Of a DNA stretch of 64,000 nucleotides, positions 51,698-64,000 are shown piece by piece. Location of the stretch: NCBI RefSeq assembly GCF_006345805.1, contig NC_042999.1:123008001-123072000 (forward strand). The letters are read 5' to 3'. The stretch's first letter is position 1; every line of letters starts with the position of its first letter. Under the pieces are notes generated by a model. That model ran no database searches and was not told the origin of the DNA. It saw only the letters and a program-made list of their open reading frames with translations. The stretch is from Octopus sinensis (Eukaryota). The translations under genes and the position numbers were made by a program.

Positions 51698-54090
51698 CAT
51701 CATCATCATCATCATCATCATTTAACGTCCGCTTTCCATGCTAGCATGGGTTGGACGGTTCAACTGGGGTCTGGGGAGCCCGAAAGCTGCACCAGTCCAG
51801 TCAGATCTGGCAGTGTTTCTACAGCTGGATGCCCTTCCTAACGCCAACCACTCCGAGAGTGTAGTGGGTGATTTTATGTGCCACCGACACAGGTGCCAGA
51901 CGAGGCTGACAAACGGCCACGCTCGGATGGTGTTTTTATGTGCCACCGACACAGGTGCCAGACGAGGCTGGCAGACGGCCACGCTCGGATGGTGTTTTTT
52001 ATGTGCCACCGACACAGGTGCTAGACGAGGCTGGCAGACGGCCACGCTCGGATGGTGTTTTTATGTGCCACCGACACAGGTGCCAGACGAGGCTGGCAGA
52101 CGGCCACGCTCGGATGGTGTTTTTATGTGCCACCGACACAGGAGCCAGATGAGGCTGGCAAACGGCCACGATCGGATGGTGCTTGTTACGTGCCCACAGC
52201 ACGGAGGCCAGTCGATGCGGTACTGGCTACGGCCACGTTCGGATGGTTTTCTTATGTGCCACGTGCCACCGGCACTGGTACCACAAAGATACAAATTCCA
52301 TTGATGTTCATCTATTTGATTTGTTTTGATTTGATTTGATTTGATTTTCACTTGCCTCAACAGGTCTTCACAAGTGTCACAAGAAGGAAGGTATGCACAG
52401 GTGGACTGACTATGTCCCAGGTAGGGGCCATGGGTTATGGCCTGACTAGTCTTGCCGGGTCTTCGGATGGTGTTTTTATGTGCCACCGACACAGGTGCTA
52501 GATGAGGCTGGTGAACGGCCACGATCGGATGGTGTTTGTCATGTGCCCACCGCACTGACTACGGCACTGATGGATTTCTTGTGTGCCACAGGCACTGGTA
52601 CCACAAGATACAAATTCCATTGATGTTCATCTATTTTGTCTATTTTGATTTGATTTGATTTGATTTTCACTTGCCTCAACCGGTCTTCACAAGTGTCACA
52701 AGAAGGAAGGAAGGTATGCACAGGTGGACTGACTAGTCTTGCCGGGTCTTCGGAAGGTGTTTTTTATGTGCCACCGACACAGGTGCCAGATGAGGCTGGC
52801 GAACGGCCATGATCGGATGGTGTTTGTTACGTGCCCACAGCACGGAGGCCGGTCGATGCGGAACTGGCTACGGCCACGTTCGGATGGTTCTCATGTGTGC
52901 CACCGGCACTGGTACCACAAAGTGTGTGCCACCGGCACTGGTACCACAAAGATACAGATTCCATTGATGTTCATCTATTTGATTTGTTTTGATTTGATTT
53001 GATTTTCACTTGCCTCAACAGGTCTTCACAAGTGTCACAAGAAGGAAGGTATGCACAGGTGGACTGACTACGTCCCAGGTAGGGGCCATGGGTTATGGCC
53101 TGACTAGTCTTGCCGGGTCTTCGGATGGTGTTTTTATGTGCCACCGACACAGGTGCTAGATGAGGCTGGCGAACGGCCACGATCGGATGGCCAGTGATGC
53201 GGTACTGACTACGGCCACGTTCGGATGGATTCTTGTGTGCCACCGGCACTGGTACCACAAGCGGTACTGACTACGGCCACGTTCGGATGGATTCTTGTGT
53301 GCCACCGCACTGGTACCACAAGCGGTACTGACTACGGCCACGTTCGGATGGATTCTTGTGTGCCACTGGCACTGGTACCGCAAGGATACAAATTCCATTG
53401 ATGTTCATCTATTTGATTTGTTTTGATTTGATTTGATTTTCACTTGCCTCAGCAGGTCTTCACAAGTCAGAAGGTATGTACAGGTGGACTGACTACGTCC
53501 CAGGTAGGGCCCACGGGTTATGACCTGACTAGTCTTGCCGGGTCTTCGGATGGTGTTTTTATGTGCCACCATGTTCCCACAGCACGGAGGCCAGTCGATG
53601 CGGTACTGGCTACGGCCATATTCGGATGGTTTTCTTGTGTGCCACAGGCACTGGTACCACAAAGATACAAATTCCATTGATGTTCATCTATTTTGATTGA
53701 TTTTCACTTGCCTCAGCAGGTCTTCACAAGTGTCACAAGAAGGAAGGTATGCACAGGTGGATCGACTACGTCCCAGGTAGGGGCCACGGGATATGGCCTG
53801 ACTAGTCCTGCCGGGTCCTCTCATGCACAGCACACTTCCATAGGACTCGGTCTTCAGTCATTTCCTTGGTGAGACCTAAAGTTCGAAGGTCGTGCTTCAC
53901 CACCTCGTCCCAGGTTTTCCTGGGTCTACCTCTTCCACAGGTTCCCTCAACTGCTAGGTTGTAGCACTTTTGCACACAACTATCTTCAGCCATTCTCGTC
54001 ACATGACCATACCAGCGCAGCCGTCTCTCTTGCACACCACAACTGACACTTCTTAGGTTCAACTTTTCTCTCAAAGTACTTACACTCTGA
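51698..54090 (-). mobile_element. 5'-truncated RTE-clade LINE, copy 2, with a ~2.1-kb tandemly amplified 3' UTR
   Basis: ORF end at 53802-54090 (REKLNLRSVSCGVQERRLRWYGHVTRM...GRGRPRKTWDEVVKHDL). Same 3' tip as copy 1 (ggatgcccttcctaacgccaacca...ttccatgctagcatgggttggacgg) and a (CAT)n run at 51698-51721. Confidence 0.93.
51873..52185. repeat. Five tandem ~62-bp units in the RTE 3' UTR
   Basis: GTGCCACCGACACAGG starts at 51878, 51940, 52003, 52065 and 52127 (spacing 62-63). Confidence 0.95.
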
Positions 54091-54138
54091 CGATTATGAA
54101 CACTGACATTACATATATATATATATATATATATATAA

Positions 54139-54169
<31 letters not shown>

Positions 54170-54654
54170 TGTGTGTCTGGATGACCTAACATATAGGTTT
54201 GGCAGTATATGCATGAATGTGTGTGTAGATAATTGCAATGTGCACACTGGTGGACACTTGCAAGTGGATGGACTTCCATACCACAATCTATACTGGCATA
54301 GATAACAATGCAGAGTCAGTCACCAACCAGAATGTGAGAACATAGGTCAAGTTGTTTGATGTTAGAGAAGAAAACCAGATGAGCAAATAGATAAGACCAG
54401 TATGGTGGTGATGGAAGTTGATAATGGATACAATTGATAATGGATATTTAGCAGTTCCACCACTGCTGCAGGTTGCTTTTCATGTGCTACTGATACACTT
54501 CTGTACTTTTTAACACTATACATATATATACAAGATGCTTTCTCAAGGTGATTACTGCAGTTTTATGGTTTTTAATCGTATGACCACATTAAGCAAGATA
54601 TGCAGAAAGCTATTCTGAACCCATTCTGGTTGATAACAAATATGTGTGTATAGG

Positions 54655-54684
54655 TGTGTGTGTGTGTGTGTGTGTGCGCGCGCA

Positions 54685-54749
<65 letters not shown>

Positions 54750-54750
54750 A
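54655..54750. repeat. (GT)n tract interrupted by (GC)n; alternating purine-pyrimidine
   Basis: tgtgtg..gcgcgcgcatgtgtg..gcgcgcatgtg; potential Z-DNA former by composition. Confidence 0.85.
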
Positions 54751-54964
54751 CATGCAGGCATAACTTAGTGTTTAGGGTGTTGCACTCATGATCATAAGAT
54801 TATTTTGATTCTTGATGAGTTGCATGGTCTTGAGTGAAACAGTTCATTTCATGTTGCTCCGCTCGACTCAGCTGCCAAAAGTGAGTGTATATATATATAT
54901 GTGTGTTTGTGTGTGTGTGTGTGTGTATGCATATATGTGTGTAGTTGTATCTTTAAATGTATAA

Positions 54965-55002
<38 letters not shown>

Positions 55003-55320
55003 ATGTATATATGTGCGTGTAGTTATATCTTTAAATGTATAAATATATATCTATGTATAGGTATGTGTATATATTTATATATATATGAATCGGCATTCAT
55101 GTGCGTGTGTTTCTTTGTCTTGACATCATATGATAGGTGTAAATGAGTTTGACCATGATGCAAGTAGTGTTATCACTTTCCAGTACACTGTACGAACATG
55201 TCTGGCCAGAAAGAAATATTGCTTGACTTAGAAATAACGACTGTTGGCAACTGGGAGGTCACTCAACCACAGGAAATTTCCTTCAATAAACTTCAACCAA
55301 CCATTGCAAGCCTGAAAATG

Positions 55321-55351
<31 letters not shown>

Positions 55352-55399
55352 ACTGCATTAATGTTTGTTTTTATGTTCAGTTATAATCCTTTGTATTAT

Positions 55400-55790
55400 A
55401 GGTACAAGACCTACAATTTGGGAGTTGCAGGGATAGTCGATTACATCAACCCCACCAGTATTCAACTGGTAATTAATTTATCGACCCTAACGGATGAAAG
55501 GTCTTTGCCGATCATGGCGGTATTTGAACTCAGAACATAACAACAGACGAAAAACCTATTTCTTTATTACCCACAAGGAGCTAAACACAGAGGGGACAAA
55601 CAAGGACAGTCATAGGTATTAAGTCGATTACATCGACCCCAGTGCGTAACTGGTACTTAATTTATCGACCCCGAAAGGATGAAAGGCAAAGTCGACCTCA
55701 GCGGAATTCGAACTCACAATGTAACGCAGACGAAATACCACTAAGCATTTCATCCAGCATGCTAACAATTCCACCAGGTCATCACCTTCA
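55400..55790 (-). mobile_element. Two tandem SINE A-related copies
   Basis: ctggtacttaatttatcgaccccgaaaggatgaaaggcaaagtcgacctcagcggaattcgaactc (55630-55715), preceded by a partial copy at 55400-55545. Confidence 0.85.
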
Positions 55791-56394
55791 GTTACAATAA
55801 AAACAATTTTACATTAATCTGATAGGTTACTCTATACTTTTCCAGAATACAAAAGTATTATTCTTAAGCAAAAATGTTGTTCAGATTGTCTTTGCACAAG
55901 GGCTATCCGGACTCTTACTTTAGCCATGAACAAGAATTAGTCTTCTCTCTTCATCTGACACCTACTTCCTCTCTTCCCTCTTACTCACCTTCTCCCTTCA
56001 TTGATACCCCCTCCATGCACACCACACGCCCACACATCCCACTCCTACATACCCACACCCAGGCCCACATCCTCATCCCAAACCCACACTCATATCCCCC
56101 ACACACCACACCTCACAACACCACACCGCCATATCACATCACCCCACCTCACAATGCTCTGCTCACATTAGCACTGACCACTTCACAGCACACACCCAAA
56201 CATTACTGATGCACACACACACGTGCACATCCACATGTCAAAGTCATCAGCCCCTATCCACACACACACACACTTACACACTCACACACACACACGCATG
56301 CACCCCCTCATTTTGGGATCACCAGTACTTTATTTTCTCCCCTTCTTCCTAGCTCTCCTGTCTAACCACCTTTGTCCAACCAGTCGCCATGATT

Positions 56395-56570
56395 GACTCC
56401 ACAAGTTCTTTTATTCTTTCTCTTTATTTCCTTGTATTCCTTTCTGTTGAAGAGCGTAGGCTCAAAACATAAAAGACTTCCTCACCTTCCTGAGTGCCAA
56501 ACTAATACATCTGCTTATTGTTTATACACCTGTCTTCGTTTTTTGTTTTTATGTAAATTTCAGCAATATA
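56395..56570 (+). mobile_element. Penelope-like tail fragment with a decayed hammerhead-like core
   Basis: CTTT-CTGTTGA-A-GAGC/GTAG/GCTC-AAAA-CATAAAAG at about 56440-56475 has the same layout as the 35200 motif with core substitutions. Downstream cctgag..actaataca..cacctg(t/c)cttcgt is shared with 38545-38625. Confidence 0.45.
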
Positions 56571-56609
56571 TATATATTTATATATATATATATATATATG
56601 TTTACACAA

Positions 56610-56641
<32 letters not shown>

Positions 56642-59600
56642 ATGTATTTATGTATTATTAGAATATGTATACTTATGTGAGTGAATGTGTGTCAGCACAT
56701 GAATGTTTTTATATGTACAAATACATATGCAACACACACATATACACAGTCATGCCTGTACATGTATTCACACACACACATGTGCTCACACAAACATATA
56801 TAGACAGACAGATAGATAGATACTTTAACTTCTTAAATATACTGTTTGTCAGTTCCTTCTTGCTGTTGATTCCCATCTCATATGAAGAATGTCTTGTCAA
56901 AATTTTGAGTACTTATGGCTAATATATCACTGTATACACTACCATCTCCTTTCTACAGTCGCAACTTTTCTGGTTTGAGCTGATGTCACTTTTAAAGTAT
57001 CTCCGTTCTTTTCTCTTCTTTGTTCTATACTGTTAACATTTTTTCCACATATAGCATCTTTATTCTCTTCAACTTTAGGGTGCCTTTGGGTTCTATGATA
57101 TATTGGTGTTGTAGATGTTGTCATTGGATTTGGGGACTTATGGGATATTGTACATCCCTCCCCCCATTGTTTCAGCTGTTATTTCACTTTCCATAATCTG
57201 TTTTTAATTATCTGCCAGCAGTTTTATCTTGTAAGGATTACTGCCTTCAGTTTTTATGTGAATACCATATTTTCTGCAGTTTCACTACTTTATTTAATAC
57301 TGTCTCTAGTAGCATCTTTATAACTAGTTTCTATTCAGTTTAAAATCTTTTTTAAAGTACAGCAGGTATATGTATCTATCTTTAGATCACACAGTCTACA
57401 TATGAGTTTCCTGTGGATTTATCTCATTAAGCTTTTACTTCATAATAACGTCTTCTTAAAACTTTAGAACTATATATAAAAGCTAGTGCATCATAATGGT
57501 GTTCAATATACTTATTTTCCTCTTGACATTAAGTTTATTACAAATAGTAGTTTCAGTTAGGTGTATTTATGATAAACACTGTCATATTTTATATTAAATT
57601 AAATCTAGTGCAATACATACATATTTGTACATTTACTTGACTGTTTTCTCAGTATACTTGCAGCCAGGTTGCTCTTTAAGTCTGAAATATTTTATCGTTT
57701 TGATGTGTGGCTTTAGCATATTGCTTTTTTTCCTCTCCTCAAAATACCACTCTTATCTTTATACTTAACACTTGCACTTTTTGCCATAGTGATTCATTAT
57801 TGTTACTTGATCTTACAAATAGCTTCAAATTTTATTATTAGATGGTTTATCAAGCTGCTCTTTTTAAAAATCTTTTATGCTCATTCTGTCATTTTAGTAG
57901 CCTTACAGAAGAGCAATTTGGAGAAAATTTTCGTTGGAAGATATCTTTTTTATTTCTTCTGTACCAGATATGCAAGTCTGAAAGTGTTGATATCAGGATA
58001 TATATTTTTCATGATGTACAATTCAGTTAATTTGTTCTTATTAGTGAACACTAACTACTTTTTTATTTTCAACTATATTGCCTTAATGAGTTGTTATATT
58101 TTTGTAAATTTATTGTTGATAATTTTCTCAAAGTCTTGTTGAAATTTCATAAGTGTTTGGGTTTTTGTATTATCTAAGCACCTTTTAGGTTAGAAATATA
58201 GAAAACCACATTCATTTCATTTCTTTTATTTGAATATTTAATTTAGATTAATGACAATACTTGAAATTTTTTACAAGATCAAGTATCCATATAAAATCAT
58301 GGCAAACCGTGTCAGTATTTGATAATAAAATTTTTTTCATTTAATCTCAGGGATTAAAAATCTTCTAGAAGTAAATTTCATGTCTTAGGTTCCATTTTTA
58401 AGTATATTAACGAATTATTAATTAGATTCTCTGAATAACATATAGTGTATAAATGCTAATGTTGAATTGCTGGTTGTATAATAGATATTAATTATTATGC
58501 ATCCATACAGGAAATCATATGTCAACTATAATTACTGACGTGTATATTTGAAAAACAAAATGAATTAAAGCTAGAAACAATTGATTCGTTAGTGTAGAAA
58601 TCATCTTTCTTTGAAATAGTCAGAGATATACTTCTAAAGGCTGAATTTTAATAGTAATTATTTAATGTTGACGTGAACTTGTATGAGGCAATATTACTAA
58701 TGTATTTTTCAAGTGAAATCTGGTTATTATACTAATTTAAATTATTTTTAATTGTAAGTATAAAATAGAGCAAAACAACTTGGTAAATATTTTTATTGTA
58801 TATCATTTTTTAAAAATAAGTTCACTTTGAGGGGATACCTAAATTAGTTTTAAATTTATTAGCTTCATATTTTTATATTGTCAGAAAGTTATATAGTTTT
58901 TTTTATATATATGATGTTAATAGTTGAATGAGAATCCAAATAATATGAAATGCTGGAAATATAAATAATGGAATTGTGAATATAATATTTTTTTCATTCA
59001 CTACTTGTTTCAAAAGAGAAACTAAATTTTACTTTTTCAAAGATTAGTATACCTCAATTAACATTACACTAACCTATGATTTTATTCATTCACCAATTTT
59101 CTGAATTCTGAAAAATCTTCAATGAAATCATTATCCCAAGAAAAATTATAGTATCCATGAGAGCAGAAATAATATACATATATAAACACTATTTCCTTGT
59201 TCCTATCAATACAAAATCTCATACACTTTGAAAATGTTTTCGTAAAATTGTTAATTATAAAACCAAGAGTTATTTCTCTTTAAACTCAAAACATTAAAAT
59301 ATAAGAAATTTAAACATAAAACAATTGTCCTCTTTCTGAATTTTTAAAAGTTTATACTGTATTATTTCTATGCAATATTTTTTAAATTCATGCCTATAAA
59401 TCATTTACTATTGATCTACATATTGTGGTAGTAACCATTTTTTTTGTTTTATTAAGACCAACTATAGAAGTTGTCATCGCTCAAAAATTCTTGTTTAATT
59501 TCTTATTTGGTTTCTCGTTGCGCATTTTTTTCTTTTTCAGTTTCTTTTCCCTAATTCATTTTTGGGAAGACTATATTGTTTAAATTACAAGTAACATATA

Positions 59601-60009
59601 ATTAAAGTAGTTGGCACCTTATAAACTTACTTTTATTATATGTATTCATTTAATTTTAGTAAATTAGCAGATTAATGGACAAGTTCAAATTGGCAGTGAT
59701 TAGCTTAATCAATAAAGGTAGATTCTATCTTTCTTTCCTAGATCTCACATATGTCTTTTATTCTTAATGATGATGTGATTTTATATAAAGTCTTCTAATT
59801 CAATTACCTGTTTCCATGGAGATATGTGCACTATTCTTCATGGTGGTGCTATTAGTTACAAATTATTAATTTCAAGTACCTAAAAGTTCATCATTATATA
59901 AGAAGCCAGCAATAAATATTGATTATTTTTGTGTAGCAGCAAGTAATTGTAGCTTATAATGGGTAATGAATGCAATTGTCTACTGCTCTAGAGCTGCAAC
60001 TCTTTTATA

Positions 60010-60014
60010 CATAC

Positions 60015-60056
<42 letters not shown>

Positions 60057-60272
60057 GTATGTGTGTGTGTTCGTGTATATATATATATATATCTGTATGT
60101 GTGTGTGTTCGTGTATATATATATATATATCTGTATGTGTGTGTGTTCGTGTATATATATATATATATATATATCTGTATGTGTGTGTGTTCGTGTGTAT
60201 ATATATATATATATCTGTATGTGTGTGTGTTCGTATATATATATATATATATATAAATATATATATATATAA
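60010..60272. repeat. Minisatellite, five ~40-bp units of CTGTATGTGTGTGTGTTCGTGT+(AT)n
   Basis: Five occurrences of ctgtatgtgtgtgtgttcgt separated by (AT)n of variable length. Confidence 0.92.
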
Positions 60273-61789
60273 TGTCTCTTTCTAATCTACCCAGTTTGTT
60301 TCCTGGCATAACTTCAATAACCCATAGAACAGCCTCACTTCCTGCTAGAACTTACATTCACAGCTACCAGTTCTCTCTCTTGATTTTCCATTACTCTAAC
60401 TTATGCCTAATCCCCTGGGTATAGTTAATTCTGTCTTTATGTCTTATATTATATTCCAACAAAGCAAAAGAAAGTCATTTAAAATTCTTAAATCTGTTCA
60501 AGTAATTATAAGTAACATTTTTCAAAATCTCTTATCTCACCAAAATATATCCTTAATTAAAAAACAAAACCAAAAAATAATGAAACATACCTTTGGTTTC
60601 TTATCTAAGTGTTGTCTCTACCATTGAGCCACTTCTCTCTTTATAGAAAAATTCTGGTTTTACAACTATTTAATAGCAGGTCGATGCAATCCATACCAGC
60701 ATGAGAAAATGGATGTTAACACTGATAATGATTTTTACTATGTTTTATAATTTTTTAGCTATACACCAATAAATAGAGTGGATTGGAGAAAAACAGAACA
60801 AATATTGTTTTTATCCCCTTTTGTACTTTTTACTTTACCTGTAACACTGAAATGGTTCATAAATTTTGGGATCTTTAATTGATTTATTGTTTAATTATTT
60901 CTTTGATAACTATTGTTATTTGAAGTATGTAGAAGCTTCGATTATTAATATATTATTAATCTAAAAAGCGATTTGTAAGTTGGAAAGGAGAGTTGGAGGT
61001 TCATTGCTCTCAGGTTTCCTCAATAAAAACAGCCTTTTTACATGGTTACATATTTTGAGATTAATGTTGCTTGAATTTATTATTGAAAAGCTCAGGATGA
61101 TCAGAATCTGGCAGTGAAACTGTGATTTGATCATGATTATATTACATTACCATGAATACAACATTTCCAATAAAAAGTTCAGTGAATAAATTATTTGCAA
61201 ACGATGCATTTCTGAAACTGGAATTCATATGACTCACACAAATTCTATATGGTGTAGCTAAATTTTCTGTCTTTTTTAGTGATATTTCTGAAAGCTTTAT
61301 ATATGTTCACTGATCCTGCTCTGGTTGCTCTTTTATATATTTCCTATAGTTCTTATCATATGGCTTCTCTTTTATGGTATTCATTTTGAATATCAGCCTT
61401 TAGTTTGTCGACAGCAGTCAATATCATTATATTTGTTTTTTATGTTATATTTTATTCCATATTCCTTTAAAACTCTTCGTTTCCTGCTCCACTAATTCAC
61501 TAATAATGTTTTGTAAAAATAGTTAACAGCAACATATGCTAGATTGCTCTTTTTTTTTTTTTTCAGAGAATTGACATAAAATTCTGACTCGCTTTACAAT
61601 TCACTAAGTACTAAAACCATTGGTATTGCTTCTGTTAACTCATGAAAATGTTACTTTACATTTAAAAAAATGTTTTTATTTTAAAAATTAAAATGGTTCT
61701 CATCCAAACTAAGAGCCTATTCTTGTTGAAATTATGAATTTCATCTTCATCATCATCATCTTTGATGTCTCTTTTTATTTGCTGGCATT

Positions 61790-62680
61790 AGGTAGGCTGG
61801 CTTCCCATACAATATTTAACCACTTATCTTAATCATTCCTCATTTGGTTTGTGAGGTCCAGCATCTTGCGATCACATCAAATATTTCATCCTGTTTTCTT
61901 CAGCTTTCTATCACTTTTAGCATATAGCAAATTCTACATCATCTATCATGTATACATTGAGTAATACCATTAATAGCCTGCATCGTACCTATTTCTCTTT
62001 TCCCACTTGCTGCTCTGCTTTTCAAATAGGTTAATATTGCACATCTGTGTAATCATATTTTGCATATTTCTCTTCAACTTTCACAAATCTTTTGCATTTA
62101 ATACCCTTGTACCTCAGTCGAGCAACATTATTTTTCATACACATCTTTATAAAGTTTCTTTTCATGGGAAGAAAGAAAGACCTTTATTGCCTATAAATGC
62201 AACAGCTGCTTAAATATCTCCTTCTGCTTCTTTACTATAGAAATTATATTTTTGCTATAGCCACTGTCAGCATTAATTAGATCACCTATGTAGTAAAAAT
62301 TATCAAACATGTCTAGTAGGGCTGATCATAGATGTTCTTACATCTATGCCTCTGTAACATCCTAAATTATGATTCCCAATCAATTTGCCAGCTCCTTCTG
62401 TACATTTTGTGTATCAGTTTCTCCCCTGCAATTGATACACAATAGCATGGACTGTGAACTTCCTTGATACTTCCTTCCTACATGTTGACCAAGGCCATTT
62501 ACCTGGAGCACTGGTATTTTGTGCTCTCTGTTAGTAATTAGCATTTTAAACTTTGTCATGTTAAACTTGAGACTTCTGAATTCTTCTGCATTCTTCCAGG
62601 TTCTTATGATTTCTCTGCAACACTTTGATAAATTTTCCCATGAGAACTATGTCATCCACATTCATAAACCACCTATTTTA
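61790..62680 (-). pseudogene. Old, heavily decayed RTE-clade LINE fragment
   Basis: Minus-strand remnants FMNVDDIVL (YADD-like), GKWPWSTCRKEVSR and FDNFYYIGDLINADSGYS...FKQLLHL are colinear with RTE ORF motifs, including those of copy 1. Confidence 0.65.
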
Positions 62681-63303
62681 AATATAGGGACTTTTGGTGA
62701 TGCTGGTGATGGTTGATATTTGCTGTGAAACTGAAATTTAGCTTTTGTTTTTGGAGCATCTTAAAACTACTTTGAATGGTTTCAGTTATCAGAAAAACAG
62801 AGACATCAATAAAAGATGCTAAAAATAATACTTTAACATTTCTCTATTCATTATTTGGCAAATGGTTGACAATATATGCACCATGGCTTTTGACACTGAC
62901 AGCAAAACTATTACTGTTCAAGGGAAATATCTTATTTCAGCAACAATCAATTTTAACTGTTGCTCTAAGTACCTGTGGGAATTAACAATAATGACTATTC
63001 AAAAGACTGTTATCAAAAGACAAACTAATGACTGACATAGCTTCAACTAATAAAGTGAAACATGTTTACATGTGAGTATTCCATGTTGTATAAAAGAATA
63101 TGTATAGAGTTACTTGGATATATTTAAATTACGTATGAGTATTCCATTGACTGCAGAATGTATTAAGGTATCCTAAACATGTTGCTTATGACAATTTAGA
63201 AAGTGAAACAATCTGCTATTCAAAATGTAGGGTACAACATTGATAATATTACAGGCAAATATCCATATCTTTCTTAGTTTATTTTTCTGCATCTCATTCA
63301 ACG

Positions 63304-64000
63304 TATGAGATGCATTCAAATATCATCTAACGTTTGGGCATAAAAAAAATCAACAAATTTTATTTAATCTCTTTCAAAATACTCCCATTGGGAGTTCGTA
63401 TACTTCTTCTTGCAGTTCTACCATTGCTGGTAACACCTGGAACAAATTATCTGGAATGATATGGAGCTCCATCATCACTTTTCACATAATTTCCCTTTAT
63501 GACTCAAATCATTTCCCTTTGAGCATGGTTTCCAGTTTGGGAAAGAACCAGAAATCACATGGTGCCAAGTTGAGAGTGTAGGGAGCCTGTTGAACAAGTG
63601 GTGTGTTGTTCTTGACCAGGAAAGCGTGGATTATGTGGGCAGAATGAGCAGGTGCATTGTCATGAAGTCGATAATTCTTTGCTACCTCCATGTCCAGTTG
63701 TTTTCGACACAGTATCATGAAGGCAACATATAACCTCCGGGTAGTATTCCTTACTGATTGTTTGGCCTTGTGGTTTGTATTCAGGATGCACAATACCACA
63801 GGAGTCAAAGAAACAGGTAAACATTACCTTCATATTGCTGCAAACTGTTGTGCTTGTTTGGGCCTTGATGATGATAGATGCTGCCATTGGAAGGACTGGG
63901 ACTTGGGCTCTGGGTCATAACCATAAAACCATGTTTCTCCACATGGGCCGATGATCTTCATGAATTCTGGGTCATAGTTTGCCCAGTCTAGCATATCCTA
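63304..64000 (-). mobile_element. Mariner transposase relic, 3' half, running off the window end
   Basis: GETWFYGYDPE..., MKVMFTCFFDSCGIVHPEY, LHDNAPAHSA and PYTLNLAPCDFWFFPKL across frameshifts. TA followed by TIR-like tgagatgcattcaaa at 63304. Confidence 0.88.

Noticed and set aside
51873-53400. Regularly spaced ~62-bp hairpin-containing repeats as a CRISPR array
   Set aside because: The units are contiguous tandem copies with no unique spacers, lie in a LINE 3' UTR in eukaryotic DNA, and have no cas genes nearby.
50427-53680. GC-rich ORFs overlapping the RTE 3' UTRs
   Set aside because: They arise from repeated GC-rich UTR modules on both strands and have no protein-like motif.
56930-57130. 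Minus-strand 61-aa ORF, possibly a CR1-type RT C-terminal remnant
   Set aside because: Similarity is limited to a few residues (TVERR) and cannot be distinguished from chance by eye.
60976-61060. Copia RT-like peptide ELEVH..QVSSIKTAFLHG
   Set aside because: A single short motif followed by a stop, with no other copia motifs or LTRs; likely chance.

Overview
AT-rich, microsatellite-dense eukaryotic DNA. The SINE/LINE families and simple-repeat load look like an octopus (coleoid cephalopod) genome; this is recognition from memory, not a database hit. The window reads as long intronic or intergenic sequence. There is one well-supported 81-nt plus-strand exon (28606-28686) of a gene I cannot name, plus a few weaker exon candidates. 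The rest is mostly mobile DNA: more than 20 tRNA-derived SINE copies from several families, two adjacent 5'-truncated RTE-clade LINEs and an older RTE relic, three mariner relics, a Tigger/pogo relic, a Penelope-like GIY-YIG relic, a non-autonomous Helitron and MITEs. Most ORFs in the supplied track are microsatellite artefacts. No prokaryotic-type system, CRISPR array, rRNA or intact tRNA gene was seen. The two most unusual structures are (1) a 332-bp spacer-less palindrome with a single mismatch that carries a minimal type I hammerhead-ribozyme motif on each strand (34328-34659), and (2) an RTE 3' UTR expanded to about 2.1 kb as a nested higher-order repeat of hairpin-bearing ~62-bp modules (51722-53801).
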